Shown: positions 9,649 to 18,635 of the stretch, in pieces
Layout of the letters: every line of letters starts with the position of its first letter
Numbering within the stretch: the stretch's first letter is position 1
Assembly (NCBI GenBank): GCA_035458265.1
Contig: DATIAB010000251.1
Location: 1 to 36,704 of the forward strand
Reading direction: 5' to 3'
Source of the DNA: Ornithinibacter sp.
Lineage (GTDB): Bacteria; Actinomycetota; Actinomycetes; Actinomycetales; Dermatophilaceae
DNA length: 36,704 bases
Translations under genes and position numbers: made by a program
Notes under the pieces: model-generated
The model's input: the letters and a program-made list of their open reading frames with translations, nothing else
The model's database searches: none
What the model was told of the DNA's origin: nothing

Positions 9649-9927
9649 ATGACATCGACGATGACGATCCCGAGGCCGGGACGGCGCTCGAAGAAGTGGG
9701 TCGTGCCAGGCCGGGTCGCTCTGGTGGTGGCCGTGGTGGTGGTCACAGCAGGCTGTCGGCACGGGGAGGCGGCTGACGACGACCTGCCATCCGTCAGTCC
9801 GTCCACCAGCCCCACCGCGAGCCCCACCATGAGCAGCACCACGCCGCAGAGCTCGAGCACGTCGACGCCGCCGACCCAGACTCCGACCTTCACGCCGCCT
9901 CAGCCGACCGACCTGTCCGGACCGTGA
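9649..9927 (+). CDS. Small Ser/Thr/Pro-rich putative lipoprotein (92 aa)
   Basis: AGGGGG before ATG 9649; basic N-region, hydrophobic stretch, lipobox-like TAGC, then an S/T/P low-complexity tail. Stop overlaps the next start (GTGA). Confidence 0.65.
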   Translation: MTSTMTIPRPGRRSKKWVVPGRVALVVAVVVVTAGCRHGEAADDDLPSVSPSTSPTASPTMSSTTPQSSSTSTPPTQTPTFTPPQPTDLSGP

Positions 9928-10949
9928 TGTCCCGTCGCGCGAGCGTGACCGCGGGTCTCGCCGCGCTCACGACAGTGGTTGCCCTGACACTGGCAGGCGC
10001 GGGCTGGCTCGTGCCGGGCTTGCGTCAGGACGCCGTGCTGGTTGCCACCCTCGGGACCGTCGCGCGCAATGACATGGGGCCCGGGGAGCTGGATGCCGCA
10101 GGCTCCTCGAACCACACCAACTACCTCGTCGTCGGCACGGACCAGCGGCATGTCCCCGTCGGAGCGCGCCGCGACATCCGCGGCGAGCGCGCCGACGTGA
10201 TCATGCTCTGGTCCGTCAGGGCAGACGGCGGAACACTCGTCCTGAGCATCCCTCGAGACCTGCGTGTCAACGTGCCCGGCCATGGAGACGGGAAGTTGGG
10301 AGGGGCCCTGGAGTACGGCTCGGCCCCGCTGGTCGACGCGGTCCGGGCGCTGACCGGGGCCCCGGTCCACCACTACGTCGAGCTCGAGTTCTCGGCCTTC
10401 GTCGCGGCAGTCGACCGCGTGGGAGGGCTGGAAGTCGACCTCGCCTCGCCTGCCCGCGACCGGGGCACCGCGCTCAACCTGCCGGGCGGCACGCAGACGC
10501 TCGGAGGCACCGAGGCGCTGGCCTTCGTCCGGTCGCGGACCCACGAGGAGCTGGTCGAGGGCCATTGGGTCAAGGACGACTCGGGAGACCTCGGGCGGAT
10601 TGGGAGACAGCACGTCCTGCTCTCCAGCGTGACTGACGCGATCCGGCGCTGCGGGGGGCTCCAGTGCGTCGAGCTGCTCGCCGACCTGGGTGGGGCCGTC
10701 ACCCTGGACCGGACGTTCACCACGGACGACTTGCGCGCGCTCGCGACCGCGGTGACCGGCGAGGCATCCCGGGTGTCCACGGCCGTTCTCCCCACGCATC
10801 CGGCGCGGGCACCGGATGACTCGATGTCACCCTTCCCACCGGCGCACCTGGGCAGTGTCGGCTACCGCCACCTGGACCACCCGGCGGCCCGCCCACTGCT
10901 CGAACAACTCCTTCCGGCTCCAGGGCCTCGGGGGGCGACCGGGTCATGA
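9924..10949 (+). CDS. LCP (LytR-CpsA-Psr) family glycopolymer transferase
   Basis: N-terminal TM anchor; NYLVVGTD, RADVIML, SIPRDL, ALAFVRSR, DLGRIGRQ motifs. Confidence 0.9.
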   Translation: MMSRRASVTAGLAALTTVVALTLAGAGWLVPGLRQDAVLVATLGTVARNDMGPGELDAAGSSNHTNYLVVGTDQRHVPVGARRDIRGERADVIMLWSVRADGGTLVLSIPRDLRVNVPGHGDGKLGGALEYGSAPLVDAVRALTGAPVHHYVELEFSAFVAAVDRVGGLEVDLASPARDRGTALNLPGGTQTLGGTEALAFVRSRTHEELVEGHWVKDDSGDLGRIGRQHVLLSSVTDAIRRCGGLQCVELLADLGGAVTLDRTFTTDDLRALATAVTGEASRVSTAVLPTHPARAPDDSMSPFPPAHLGSVGYRHLDHPAARPLLEQLLPAPGPRGATGS

Positions 10950-13900
10950 CTCGTGTCGACGAGGTCGGCTCAGGGGCAGGTCCCGAGCCCAGCCAGGAGG
11001 CCCCCTGGCGTGCACAGCGCTTCGACGTCTTCGTCGTGCGAGCAGAGGAGGACCGCGACTGGGTCGAGGGCTTCCTCCTGGCTGGCCTGCGGGAAGCCGG
11101 AGTGCGCTGCCTCGACGAGTCCCAGTTCCCTCTCGGACCCCCTGAGCTCAAGATGTTTGCAGACGCGGTGGAGCAGTCCGATCGCGTCCTGCTCGTCGTG
11201 TCGCCCGCCTTCCTCAACGACTCGCGAGCTGGGTTCGTCAAGTGGCTGGCTCTGCACTTCGGCGACGAGCAGTCGACGTGGCCAGTCCTCTCGCTGATCC
11301 GCGAGCCCGTCGAGCGGTTACCTCCCGAACTGGGTCTGGGGCGCCGCCTGGACCTGACCGTGGAGGACCGCTGGGAAGCCGGCCTGCAGCGCCTCGTCGC
11401 GGACCTGCATCGACGGGTGCCTGAACGCACCAGCCAGCCGGAGTGTCCCTACCCCGGCCTGCTGTCCTACACGGGTGAGGACCAAGAACGTTTCCCGTTC
11501 TGCGGTCGGGACGCCGAGATCGATGAGGTGCTGGAGCGACTGCGCGTTCATCCGGTGCTCGCTGTCATCGGCACCTCGGGGAGCGGGAAGTCGTCTCTGC
11601 TGCACGCCGGAGTCCGGCCTCGCCTCACGCGTAGCCACCAGGTCGTCAGGGTCCGTCTCGGCCGAACCCCGACGGCGAACCTCGCTGCGGCACTGACCAG
11701 GGGAGGCCAAACCAGCCAACCGATCGCCCTCGTCGTGGACCAGTTCGAGGAGTTGTTCACGCTCTCTCATCTCCACGCCGACGATTCCGAGGTGCAGTCG
11801 TTCTGCGATGAGCTCCTCGCCCTGTTGGCGGGTTCACCGTCGGACGGACTTCGCTGCATCATCGCCATTCGTGCCGACTACTACCCGCAGCTGATGACCT
11901 GCCCGCTCTGGGAGAGGATCCGGGAACACCGTTTCGAGCTCCTGCCGCTCCGCGGTGAGCAGCTTCGAAAGGCCATCCAGGCGCCGGCGAGTGCGGTCGG
12001 GGTGCACATCGAAGCAGCACTCGTCGAGGCAGTCGTGCGTGACGCGGAGGGTGAACCCGGCAGTCTTCCGCTTGTTCAGGAGACACTGGTGTCGCTGTGG
12101 GGGCATCTGCGACGCCGCTTCCTTCCACTCAGCGCGTACGACGCGTTGATCCTGCCCGGACGGTCGTACGGAGAGGCTCCTCGGACCGGCCTCCAGGTCG
12201 CCTTGGCACGTCACGCGGAGGCGACCTTGTCCTCACTGGACCAGGCCGACCAGGTCACGGCGCGGCGCATCTTCCTGCGGCTTGTCCAGCTCATGCAAGG
12301 TCGTGAGGACGTCCGTCGTCCGCAGCGACGCCGCGAGCTGGAGAGCATCGACAGCAGCTCCGAGTCGGTCGACCGGGTGCTCCAGAAACTCATCGACGCG
12401 CGCCTCATCACACCCACGGCCGACGAAGAGACGGGGGACCCCCGCGAGACCATTCTCGACCTCGCCCACGAGGCGATCATCTCCGGCTGGCCCTCACTGC
12501 GCGCCTGGATCACCGAGCGGCGTTCCGCCGAGGTCTTTCGGCGCAAGCTGGAGGCGAGCGCCTCCGAGTGGGCGCGCTGGGGGCGCGGCAGTGGCGGGCT
12601 GCTCGACGAGGTCGAGCTCACGGAGGCCCGAACCTGGCTCGACGGGCCCGACGCCAGCGAACTCGGTGCGAGCCAGGACGTCATCGACCTCGTGGCGGCC
12701 AGTCGCAGGTCCTTGGACGCGGAGCGAGCTCGCGAGGCGCGACAGAATCGAGTGTTTCGGGTCCTCAGCGCGGCGCTCGCCGTGCTGCTCGTGGCCGTGG
12801 GGGTCGCCGCGATCATCGCCGTCCGAGAGTGGAACGAGGCCGAGGAGGGCCAGCGGGTGGCTCGCTCCGGAGAGCTCGGGGCATCGGCTGAGAGGCTTCC
12901 GCCCGAGCAGCTCGACCGTGCCCTGCTCCTCGGCGTGGAGGCACTGTCGAGCCGGCGCACGGCGCTGTCGGTGGGAGGTGCCCTCGCGTCCCTGAACTCC
13001 AACCCTCGCGTCATGCGCATGTTCCATGCGGATGCCGCCCAGCTTTGCGTTGCGGTCACGAGCGACGGCCAGACGGGGGTGACCGGTGGGCAGGACGGCG
13101 TCGTCCGTGTCTGGGACCTCGGCAAGGGTGGCCCGGGGCGACAACTGGCCGTCTTGGACGGAGAGGTCCGCAGCATCGCCATCAGTCCGGACGGCCGGAC
13201 GGTCGCTGCCAGCTCGAGCGGGGGCACCGTCGGCCTGTGGGACCTCGCGACAGGGACCCGCGTCCCGTGGACCCTCCCCGGCGCGCAGCCGGGCGACCTC
13301 GCGCACCAGGGTTCCGTCCGGTCCGTCGCCTTCAGCCCGGACGGTTCCTTGCTCGCGACCGCCGGTCAGGACGGCGTCGTTATCGTCCGGGAGCCCACCA
13401 CCGGCAGCCCGCGGCAGGTCATCGAGGGGTACAGGGACTGGCTCAACGCGGTCACCTTCACGCCCGACGGCACGCTGCTCGTCGCTGCCGGAGGCCGGAC
13501 GGAGGGGCGAAGTGTGGACAGGCGGATCCTCCTGTGGGACGTCGGCGCAGGCCGGCTGCGTGCCCAGTTGCCGGGACACGACGACGCAGTGCGCGCCCTC
13601 TCCGTCAGCCCCGACGGCAAGACGCTCGCCTCGGCCGGCGCAGAGGGGAGCATCAAGATCTGGTCTCTGCCCGAGGGCCGGCTGATGCATCAGCTGGACG
13701 GTCACAAGGATCGCGTCTTCGGGGTTGCCTTCTCACCGGACGGGACCCTCCTCGCGTCCGCTGGCCGCGACCACACCGTCCGTCTCTGGGACCCCGCAAC
13801 TGGGGCGCCGACGACGGATCCCCTTCGAGGCCACGGCGACTCGGTGCGCGGCTTGGCCTTCGCGGGCACCGGACAGGTCCTCTCCGCGGGCACCGACGGC

Positions 13901-14959
13901 CGGCTCGTCCTATGGCACGCGGGCACGGGTGAGCAGGCTCGACTCGCCCTGCCGTTGGGCGACCAGGCCGTCACGACTCGCGCCCTGGGCGTCGATCCCT
14001 CAGGAACGCTCGTCGCGACCGGTGACGACTCCGGCCGGGTGGTCGTCCGGTGGGCGGACGATGGTCGACCGACCGGGGTGGTCGTGGACACGGAAGGGCC
14101 GGTCAGTGACGTCGTCCTCGGCCCCGACTCCATGCTCGTCACCGCGAACTACGCGGGTCAGCTGCGGGTCTGGGATGCGATCAGCGGGGCTCCGCGGACG
14201 CCGTCGATACAAACGGGGGATGGCTCCTTGGTCCTGGCCGTCTCGGCAGACGGTCAGACCATCGCGACGGGCGGCGACACGAACGTCATCCGGCTCTGGG
14301 ACCAGGGCCTGCGCCAGACCGCCCAGCTCGTTGGCCACCGCAACTGGGTCCGCGCGCTCGCCTTCATCCCGCGGGACGAGGGTCAGGGTGGGGGTGCGGG
14401 CGAGGCCCTGGTCTCCGCCGGAGCCGACGGCATGGCCTTCCTCTGGAAGAGCCTCGACACGACTGCCCGAGCCACCGCCCTGGGGCAGCGCTCCAGCCCC
14501 ATGGAGTCGCTCGCCATCAGCCCTGACGGAAAGACGATCGCGACGGGCAACGACGAGGGCCAGGTCCTCCTGTGGGACGCGACCCGCTCCGATGTATCCC
14601 CCGGCGATCAGACGCCTCTGTCGGGCCACGACGGCACGGTGACGGGCATCTCGTACAGTCCCTCGGGCGACTGGATCATGACTGCGGACCTCGGCGGCAC
14701 GGTGAGGATGTGGGCGGCACAGTCCCGACTCGAGCCGTGGGGCACCCTGGGGCGCGTCGGCGAGCTGGCGGCTGTCGTCGTGGTCTCCGACCAGCAGGCG
14801 TTCACTGTCGGGAAGGGAGGCCCGGCCCGTTGGACTCTGGAAGAGGAGCAATGGACTCGGCTCGCCTGCGCTGTCGCAGGCCGCAACCTCGGCGCGGAGG
14901 AGGCCTCGCGTTATGGCTTCCCGCGGCCGCCGCGCACCTGTGCCGGGGCCTCACCATGA
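10946..14959 (+). CDS. TIR - STAND (nSTAND1-like) NTPase - TM - WD40 repeat protein (NLR-like)
   Basis: N-terminal TIR (FDVF..DRDWV..VVSPAF); CPYPGL, FCGRD, Walker A GTSGSGKSS (aa 209), Walker B VVDQFEELF, IRADYY, LPLV, HEAII; hydrophobic helix at aa about 606-626; more than ten GH...FSPDG...WD repeats. Confidence 0.92.
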   Translation: MTRVDEVGSGAGPEPSQEAPWRAQRFDVFVVRAEEDRDWVEGFLLAGLREAGVRCLDESQFPLGPPELKMFADAVEQSDRVLLVVSPAFLNDSRAGFVKWLALHFGDEQSTWPVLSLIREPVERLPPELGLGRRLDLTVEDRWEAGLQRLVADLHRRVPERTSQPECPYPGLLSYTGEDQERFPFCGRDAEIDEVLERLRVHPVLAVIGTSGSGKSSLLHAGVRPRLTRSHQVVRVRLGRTPTANLAAALTRGGQTSQPIALVVDQFEELFTLSHLHADDSEVQSFCDELLALLAGSPSDGLRCIIAIRADYYPQLMTCPLWERIREHRFELLPLRGEQLRKAIQAPASAVGVHIEAALVEAVVRDAEGEPGSLPLVQETLVSLWGHLRRRFLPLSAYDALILPGRSYGEAPRTGLQVALARHAEATLSSLDQADQVTARRIFLRLVQLMQGREDVRRPQRRRELESIDSSSESVDRVLQKLIDARLITPTADEETGDPRETILDLAHEAIISGWPSLRAWITERRSAEVFRRKLEASASEWARWGRGSGGLLDEVELTEARTWLDGPDASELGASQDVIDLVAASRRSLDAERAREARQNRVFRVLSAALAVLLVAVGVAAIIAVREWNEAEEGQRVARSGELGASAERLPPEQLDRALLLGVEALSSRRTALSVGGALASLNSNPRVMRMFHADAAQLCVAVTSDGQTGVTGGQDGVVRVWDLGKGGPGRQLAVLDGEVRSIAISPDGRTVAASSSGGTVGLWDLATGTRVPWTLPGAQPGDLAHQGSVRSVAFSPDGSLLATAGQDGVVIVREPTTGSPRQVIEGYRDWLNAVTFTPDGTLLVAAGGRTEGRSVDRRILLWDVGAGRLRAQLPGHDDAVRALSVSPDGKTLASAGAEGSIKIWSLPEGRLMHQLDGHKDRVFGVAFSPDGTLLASAGRDHTVRLWDPATGAPTTDPLRGHGDSVRGLAFAGTGQVLSAGTDGRLVLWHAGTGEQARLALPLGDQAVTTRALGVDPSGTLVATGDDSGRVVVRWADDGRPTGVVVDTEGPVSDVVLGPDSMLVTANYAGQLRVWDAISGAPRTPSIQTGDGSLVLAVSADGQTIATGGDTNVIRLWDQGLRQTAQLVGHRNWVRALAFIPRDEGQGGGAGEALVSAGADGMAFLWKSLDTTARATALGQRSSPMESLAISPDGKTIATGNDEGQVLLWDATRSDVSPGDQTPLSGHDGTVTGISYSPSGDWIMTADLGGTVRMWAAQSRLEPWGTLGRVGELAAVVVVSDQQAFTVGKGGPARWTLEEEQWTRLACAVAGRNLGAEEASRYGFPRPPRTCAGASP

Positions 14960-15906
14960 GGAGCGCCCGGTGCGCGCGAGGCGTCATCGCCCTGGCGGCC
15001 GTCGTCCTGGGTGGCCCGTGCCTCGGAGTCCTGGCCGGGTGCACCTCGGGGACAGCGCCCGGGGAGGGGATCCAACGGGAGTCCGGGGGGGTGGTGGGAA
15101 GTCGCTTCCACGAAGGCATTCCGTATGCCGGTGACAGGGTTCTCGACATTCACGTGCCGTCACGGCAGGGCTGGCCGAACCCAGCCACCGTACCCGTGGT
15201 GATCCTGCTCCATGGCTGCTGCGGTGACCGATCGGACCTGGGCAAACTGTCCGAGGCGCTCGCCCGAGCACAGCTTGTCGTCTTCAACGCGGACTGGGCG
15301 GGGCTGGACGCAGACGCCACCTTTCCCGCCGCCTACGAGGACGTCGCCTGCGCCATCGACTTTGCGCGGCAGCACGCGCCTGAGTTCGGTGGCGATCCTG
15401 AGCGGCTTGTCGTCGCCGGGTGGTCCGACGGGGCGATGGCCGCCGCGGCGGTTGCAGCAGCACCGGAGAGATTCGATGGTCAGGGGTGCTTGGCCGAGAA
15501 GGCCACAGACGCAGTGGCGCCCGCCGCTGTCGCGGGGATCGGTGGCTTCTACGGCTGGACCGCGCCCGTGGCCGGGGCGTATGTGACACCACGAACGAGC
15601 CGGTTCTTCGGGGGCGGTCCGGAGGAGGCCGCCGAGAACTGGGCGGCGGCAACCCCGTACAGCTGGCTGGCCTCCGCGCCGTCGACCCTACTGCTCGCCG
15701 GGACCACCGATCCGCTGGTCGACGACGCGCGGCGGTACGCCGAGGCACTGCGTCGGGCCGGGAGGTCCGTCCGCGTCGTCGCGATCCCGCCCGACGGTGA
15801 CCAAACCCTGATATCGCCGCGCACGTCGGAAGGTCGGCGCGTGGTCGCGGAGATCGCCGCCCTCGGAGCGGCGACGACACAGCTGACGTCACCACACAGG
15901 AGGTAG
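14956..15906 (+). CDS. Alpha/beta-hydrolase-fold lipoprotein (esterase-like, possibly inactive)
   Basis: ATGA overlap with the upstream stop; lipobox LAGC; LLHGCCG, GWSDG nucleophile elbow, TDPLV. The expected catalytic His position reads GDQ. Confidence 0.8.
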   Translation: MRSARCARGVIALAAVVLGGPCLGVLAGCTSGTAPGEGIQRESGGVVGSRFHEGIPYAGDRVLDIHVPSRQGWPNPATVPVVILLHGCCGDRSDLGKLSEALARAQLVVFNADWAGLDADATFPAAYEDVACAIDFARQHAPEFGGDPERLVVAGWSDGAMAAAAVAAAPERFDGQGCLAEKATDAVAPAAVAGIGGFYGWTAPVAGAYVTPRTSRFFGGGPEEAAENWAAATPYSWLASAPSTLLLAGTTDPLVDDARRYAEALRRAGRSVRVVAIPPDGDQTLISPRTSEGRRVVAEIAALGAATTQLTSPHRR

Positions 15907-15908
15907 AG

Positions 15909-17153
15909 ATGGTCATGCCGACCATGGAGTCCGCTCACGCGCTCATCATCGGGATCGCCGACTATGGTCACGTTCCCAAACTGCCGCCCACGGTCCTCGA
16001 CGACGCACGTGACATTGCGAAGGTCCTGGTGGACCCACAGCACTGTGGCTACCCACCCAAGAACGTGCAGCTGCTCCTCGACGGCGAGGCGACGCGGGAA
16101 GCCATCCTGGGAGCCATGGCGCAGTTGAGCGAACGCTCCGACCCGGAGTCGTCGGTTCTCATCTACGTCTCGAGTCATGGCGCTCGAGTGCCGGGCGGAC
16201 CCCACGAAGGTGAGTACCTGCTCCCCGTCGACAGCGTGCCTGGGGACGGCTTTGTGGATACCGCGATCTCAGGAGACGAGTTCACGCAGGCCTTGAGGGC
16301 GATCCCGGCCCGGAAGGTGCTCGTGATCTTCGACTGCTGCCACTCAGGCGGTATCGGCCAGCCCAAAGACGCTTCGGAGCAGGCGTTCAGGGCCGGCTTG
16401 TCGGACAGTTACTACGCGCACCTCGCCGCAGGCCGAGGGAGGGCGATCCTCTCCTCATCGCGCGACACGGAGTTCTCCTACGTGCTGCCGGATGCGCCGA
16501 ACAGCCTTTTCACGCAGCACCTGCTGGCCGGTCTGCGGGGAGGCATTGCCAGCGAGGACGGCCTCATCCGGGTCTTCGACCTCTTCGAGTTCGTCCAGCC
16601 CAGGGTCACCCACGACCGGCACGACCAGCACCCGATCTTCAAGTCCGACCTCGAGGAGAACTTCCCTGTCGCGCTCTATGGGGGCGGCACCAAAGGCGTC
16701 GTCGCCAAGGACGATGACGGCTTTCGCTTCGACGCGTACGTGAGCTATGCGGACCAGCCACCTGACTCGACGTGGGTGTGGAGCACCCTCGTGCCGCGGC
16801 TGGAGCGCGAAGGCCTGCGAGTCGCTGTGTCCGGGGACTCCTCGGACCCTGGGGTGCCCCTCGTCGTGAGCGCCGAGCGCGGGATCTCGCAGGCGAAGCG
16901 GACGTTGGTCGTGTTGTCCCGGGCCTATTTCGAGGACACGAAGACGGACTTCGAGAACGTGCTTGCTCAGTCCCTGGGGGTCCAGGACCGGTCGTACCGG
17001 CTGCTGCCTCTGGTCATCGAGCCCTTGGACTCCATCGAGCTACCGCTTCGCCTCAGCATGCTCACGACACTGGACCTGACCCGCCCGGGGCAGGGAGAGC
17101 GCCAGTGGGACCGTCTCACCAGGGCGCTGAAGGGGCCGCTGCCCCGCCAGTAG
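15909..17153 (+). CDS. Caspase-like peptidase (C14) fused to C-terminal TIR domain
   Basis: AGGAGG RBS; ALIIGIADY, SSHG (H90), FDCCHSG (C144), SLFT, QHP; then TIR FDAYVSY..D..WV..LVPRLE..G..VLSRAY..FE. Confidence 0.92.
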   Translation: MVMPTMESAHALIIGIADYGHVPKLPPTVLDDARDIAKVLVDPQHCGYPPKNVQLLLDGEATREAILGAMAQLSERSDPESSVLIYVSSHGARVPGGPHEGEYLLPVDSVPGDGFVDTAISGDEFTQALRAIPARKVLVIFDCCHSGGIGQPKDASEQAFRAGLSDSYYAHLAAGRGRAILSSSRDTEFSYVLPDAPNSLFTQHLLAGLRGGIASEDGLIRVFDLFEFVQPRVTHDRHDQHPIFKSDLEENFPVALYGGGTKGVVAKDDDGFRFDAYVSYADQPPDSTWVWSTLVPRLEREGLRVAVSGDSSDPGVPLVVSAERGISQAKRTLVVLSRAYFEDTKTDFENVLAQSLGVQDRSYRLLPLVIEPLDSIELPLRLSMLTTLDLTRPGQGERQWDRLTRALKGPLPRQ

Positions 17154-17221
17154 GTTCAGGAGCCAACCCACACGAACGCCGGCCAACCCCTGACCTGCAG
17201 GGGTGACGAACCAGTCGATGG

Positions 17222-17566
17222 TCAGCGATGCTCCGAGTTCCGCGCCACCTTTCGGATGCCGGCGTCCCCGTCGTCCGACAGCTGACTGATCACGCTTCGT
17301 GCCTGCTCGGGCGGGAGATTCCGCGCGGCCGCCGCGGCGGCCACCCGTACCACCGGATCCTCGGAATCTGCGGCAGTCGCCACGGTCTCTGCTCCGCCCT
17401 GGATCAGGCTGGCGGCGTAGGCGGCCTTCGAGGCGAGCATCACATCGTCTCCTCGGACGAGCTGATCGAGATGTGGCAGCGCCTCTTCCCCGAGTTCGGC
17501 TGCGGCCGCGTAGTCTGGTTCGTCCGGGTCCAGGACCTTTCGGACTTCCTCCATCGATACCGTCAC
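17222..17566 (-). CDS. Small HEAT-repeat protein
   Basis: AGGAGG RBS; helical repeats EALPHLDQL, DSEDPVVRVAAAAA, LSDDGDAGIRKVA. 9 nt after the metalloprotease stop. Confidence 0.75.
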   Translation of the reverse strand: MTVSMEEVRKVLDPDEPDYAAAAELGEEALPHLDQLVRGDDVMLASKAAYAASLIQGGAETVATAADSEDPVVRVAAAAAARNLPPEQARSVISQLSDDGDAGIRKVARNSEHR

Positions 17567-17575
17567 GTGAACCTC

Positions 17576-18409
17576 CTAGAGATTCCGGGTGTAGTCGCTG
17601 GCCAGCATCTTCGCGACCTCGGTGCCAACGATGTCCGGGGGCGGGTTGGTGATGTTTCCCGTGCCATTGCGGGTCATCAACCGATTGTTGTCATCCACGT
17701 GGCGAAGGCTCAACACATGGCCCGCCTCGTGGGCGAGCGTCCATTGAGTCGCCCCTTGAGCCATCACCAGCGCTGGACGGTTGTCGGGATGGGCGGCGCA
17801 TCCGTTGAACGGTGGCACCGTGGAGCGAACAAAGTATGCACAGATGTCGTCGGCCCCCGCGTTGTTCCGATTGGCGAAGAGGTCGTCCTGCTCGTCGGTG
17901 GTCTGACCCAACAGGCATTGGCCGACGTCGACGTCGTTCAGGTCGGGCAGGTCGAGGGTCTCGGTGCTGGCAAGCTGGACGTTGATCCCCACCGCTTCGT
18001 AGAGCTCCCGCATTCGCTGGACGGCCGTGTTCACACCCACATTCGGGGCTGTGAGGATCTTGACGTGAAGCCTGACGGTTGGACCCGGTGCACCTGCGAA
18101 GCCGCGTGGCCACCCCCAGTTGGTGATGGATGCCGGGTAGCCGGCGTCGACGGTGCCGGCGCCGGTGTCGCCGCGGGTGACCCGGATGTATCGGTTGCCT
18201 TTGAAGAAGTAGCACTTCGACCCGGAGTACAGGGCGGCGTCGATTCCGTTGCTGCCGAATCCGGCGGGCCAGTTCCAGTTGGATATGGGTGCTGGGTAGC
18301 CGGCGTCGACGGTGCCGGCGCCGGTGTCGCCGCGCGTCACCCGAAGATATCGGTTACCGTCGAAGAAGTAACACTTTGACCCCGAGAACAATGCTGCGTC
18401 AACTGTCAT
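17576..18409 (-). CDS. Hemopexin-repeat metzincin zinc metalloprotease
   Basis: Two hemopexin-like repeats (DAAL..GSKCYFF.GNRY.R...VDAGYP..I..W); zinc motif HEAGHVLSLRH and Met-turn NRLM; GGAG before ATG 18409; no signal peptide. Confidence 0.85.
   Translation of the reverse strand: MTVDAALFSGSKCYFFDGNRYLRVTRGDTGAGTVDAGYPAPISNWNWPAGFGSNGIDAALYSGSKCYFFKGNRYIRVTRGDTGAGTVDAGYPASITNWGWPRGFAGAPGPTVRLHVKILTAPNVGVNTAVQRMRELYEAVGINVQLASTETLDLPDLNDVDVGQCLLGQTTDEQDDLFANRNNAGADDICAYFVRSTVPPFNGCAAHPDNRPALVMAQGATQWTLAHEAGHVLSLRHVDDNNRLMTRNGTGNITNPPPDIVGTEVAKMLASDYTRNL
18135..18403. repeat. Intragenic duplication, 159-bp (53-codon) period
   Basis: 41 identical nt at 18135-18175 and 18294-18334, with looser similarity beyond. 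Encodes the two hemopexin blades. Confidence 0.9.
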
Positions 18410-18635
18410 CTGCGTCTCCGGACGCCGGTGAGCCAACACGACGTGGCTCACAATGAATCAAACAACCAGTATTGCCCTGGCTTGCTCTGCCGTCAACCGA
18501 TCTTCGCGGCAACAATCTTGGCGCGCGTGGGCGGCAGCTGCAGTCGACACGTGACGCGTGCAGTTCGCCGTCGTCCGGATGGATGCGGTGGGCGAGGCGC
18601 AACGCTTCGGGCTTCGCGGCCCCACACGTGCTTGC

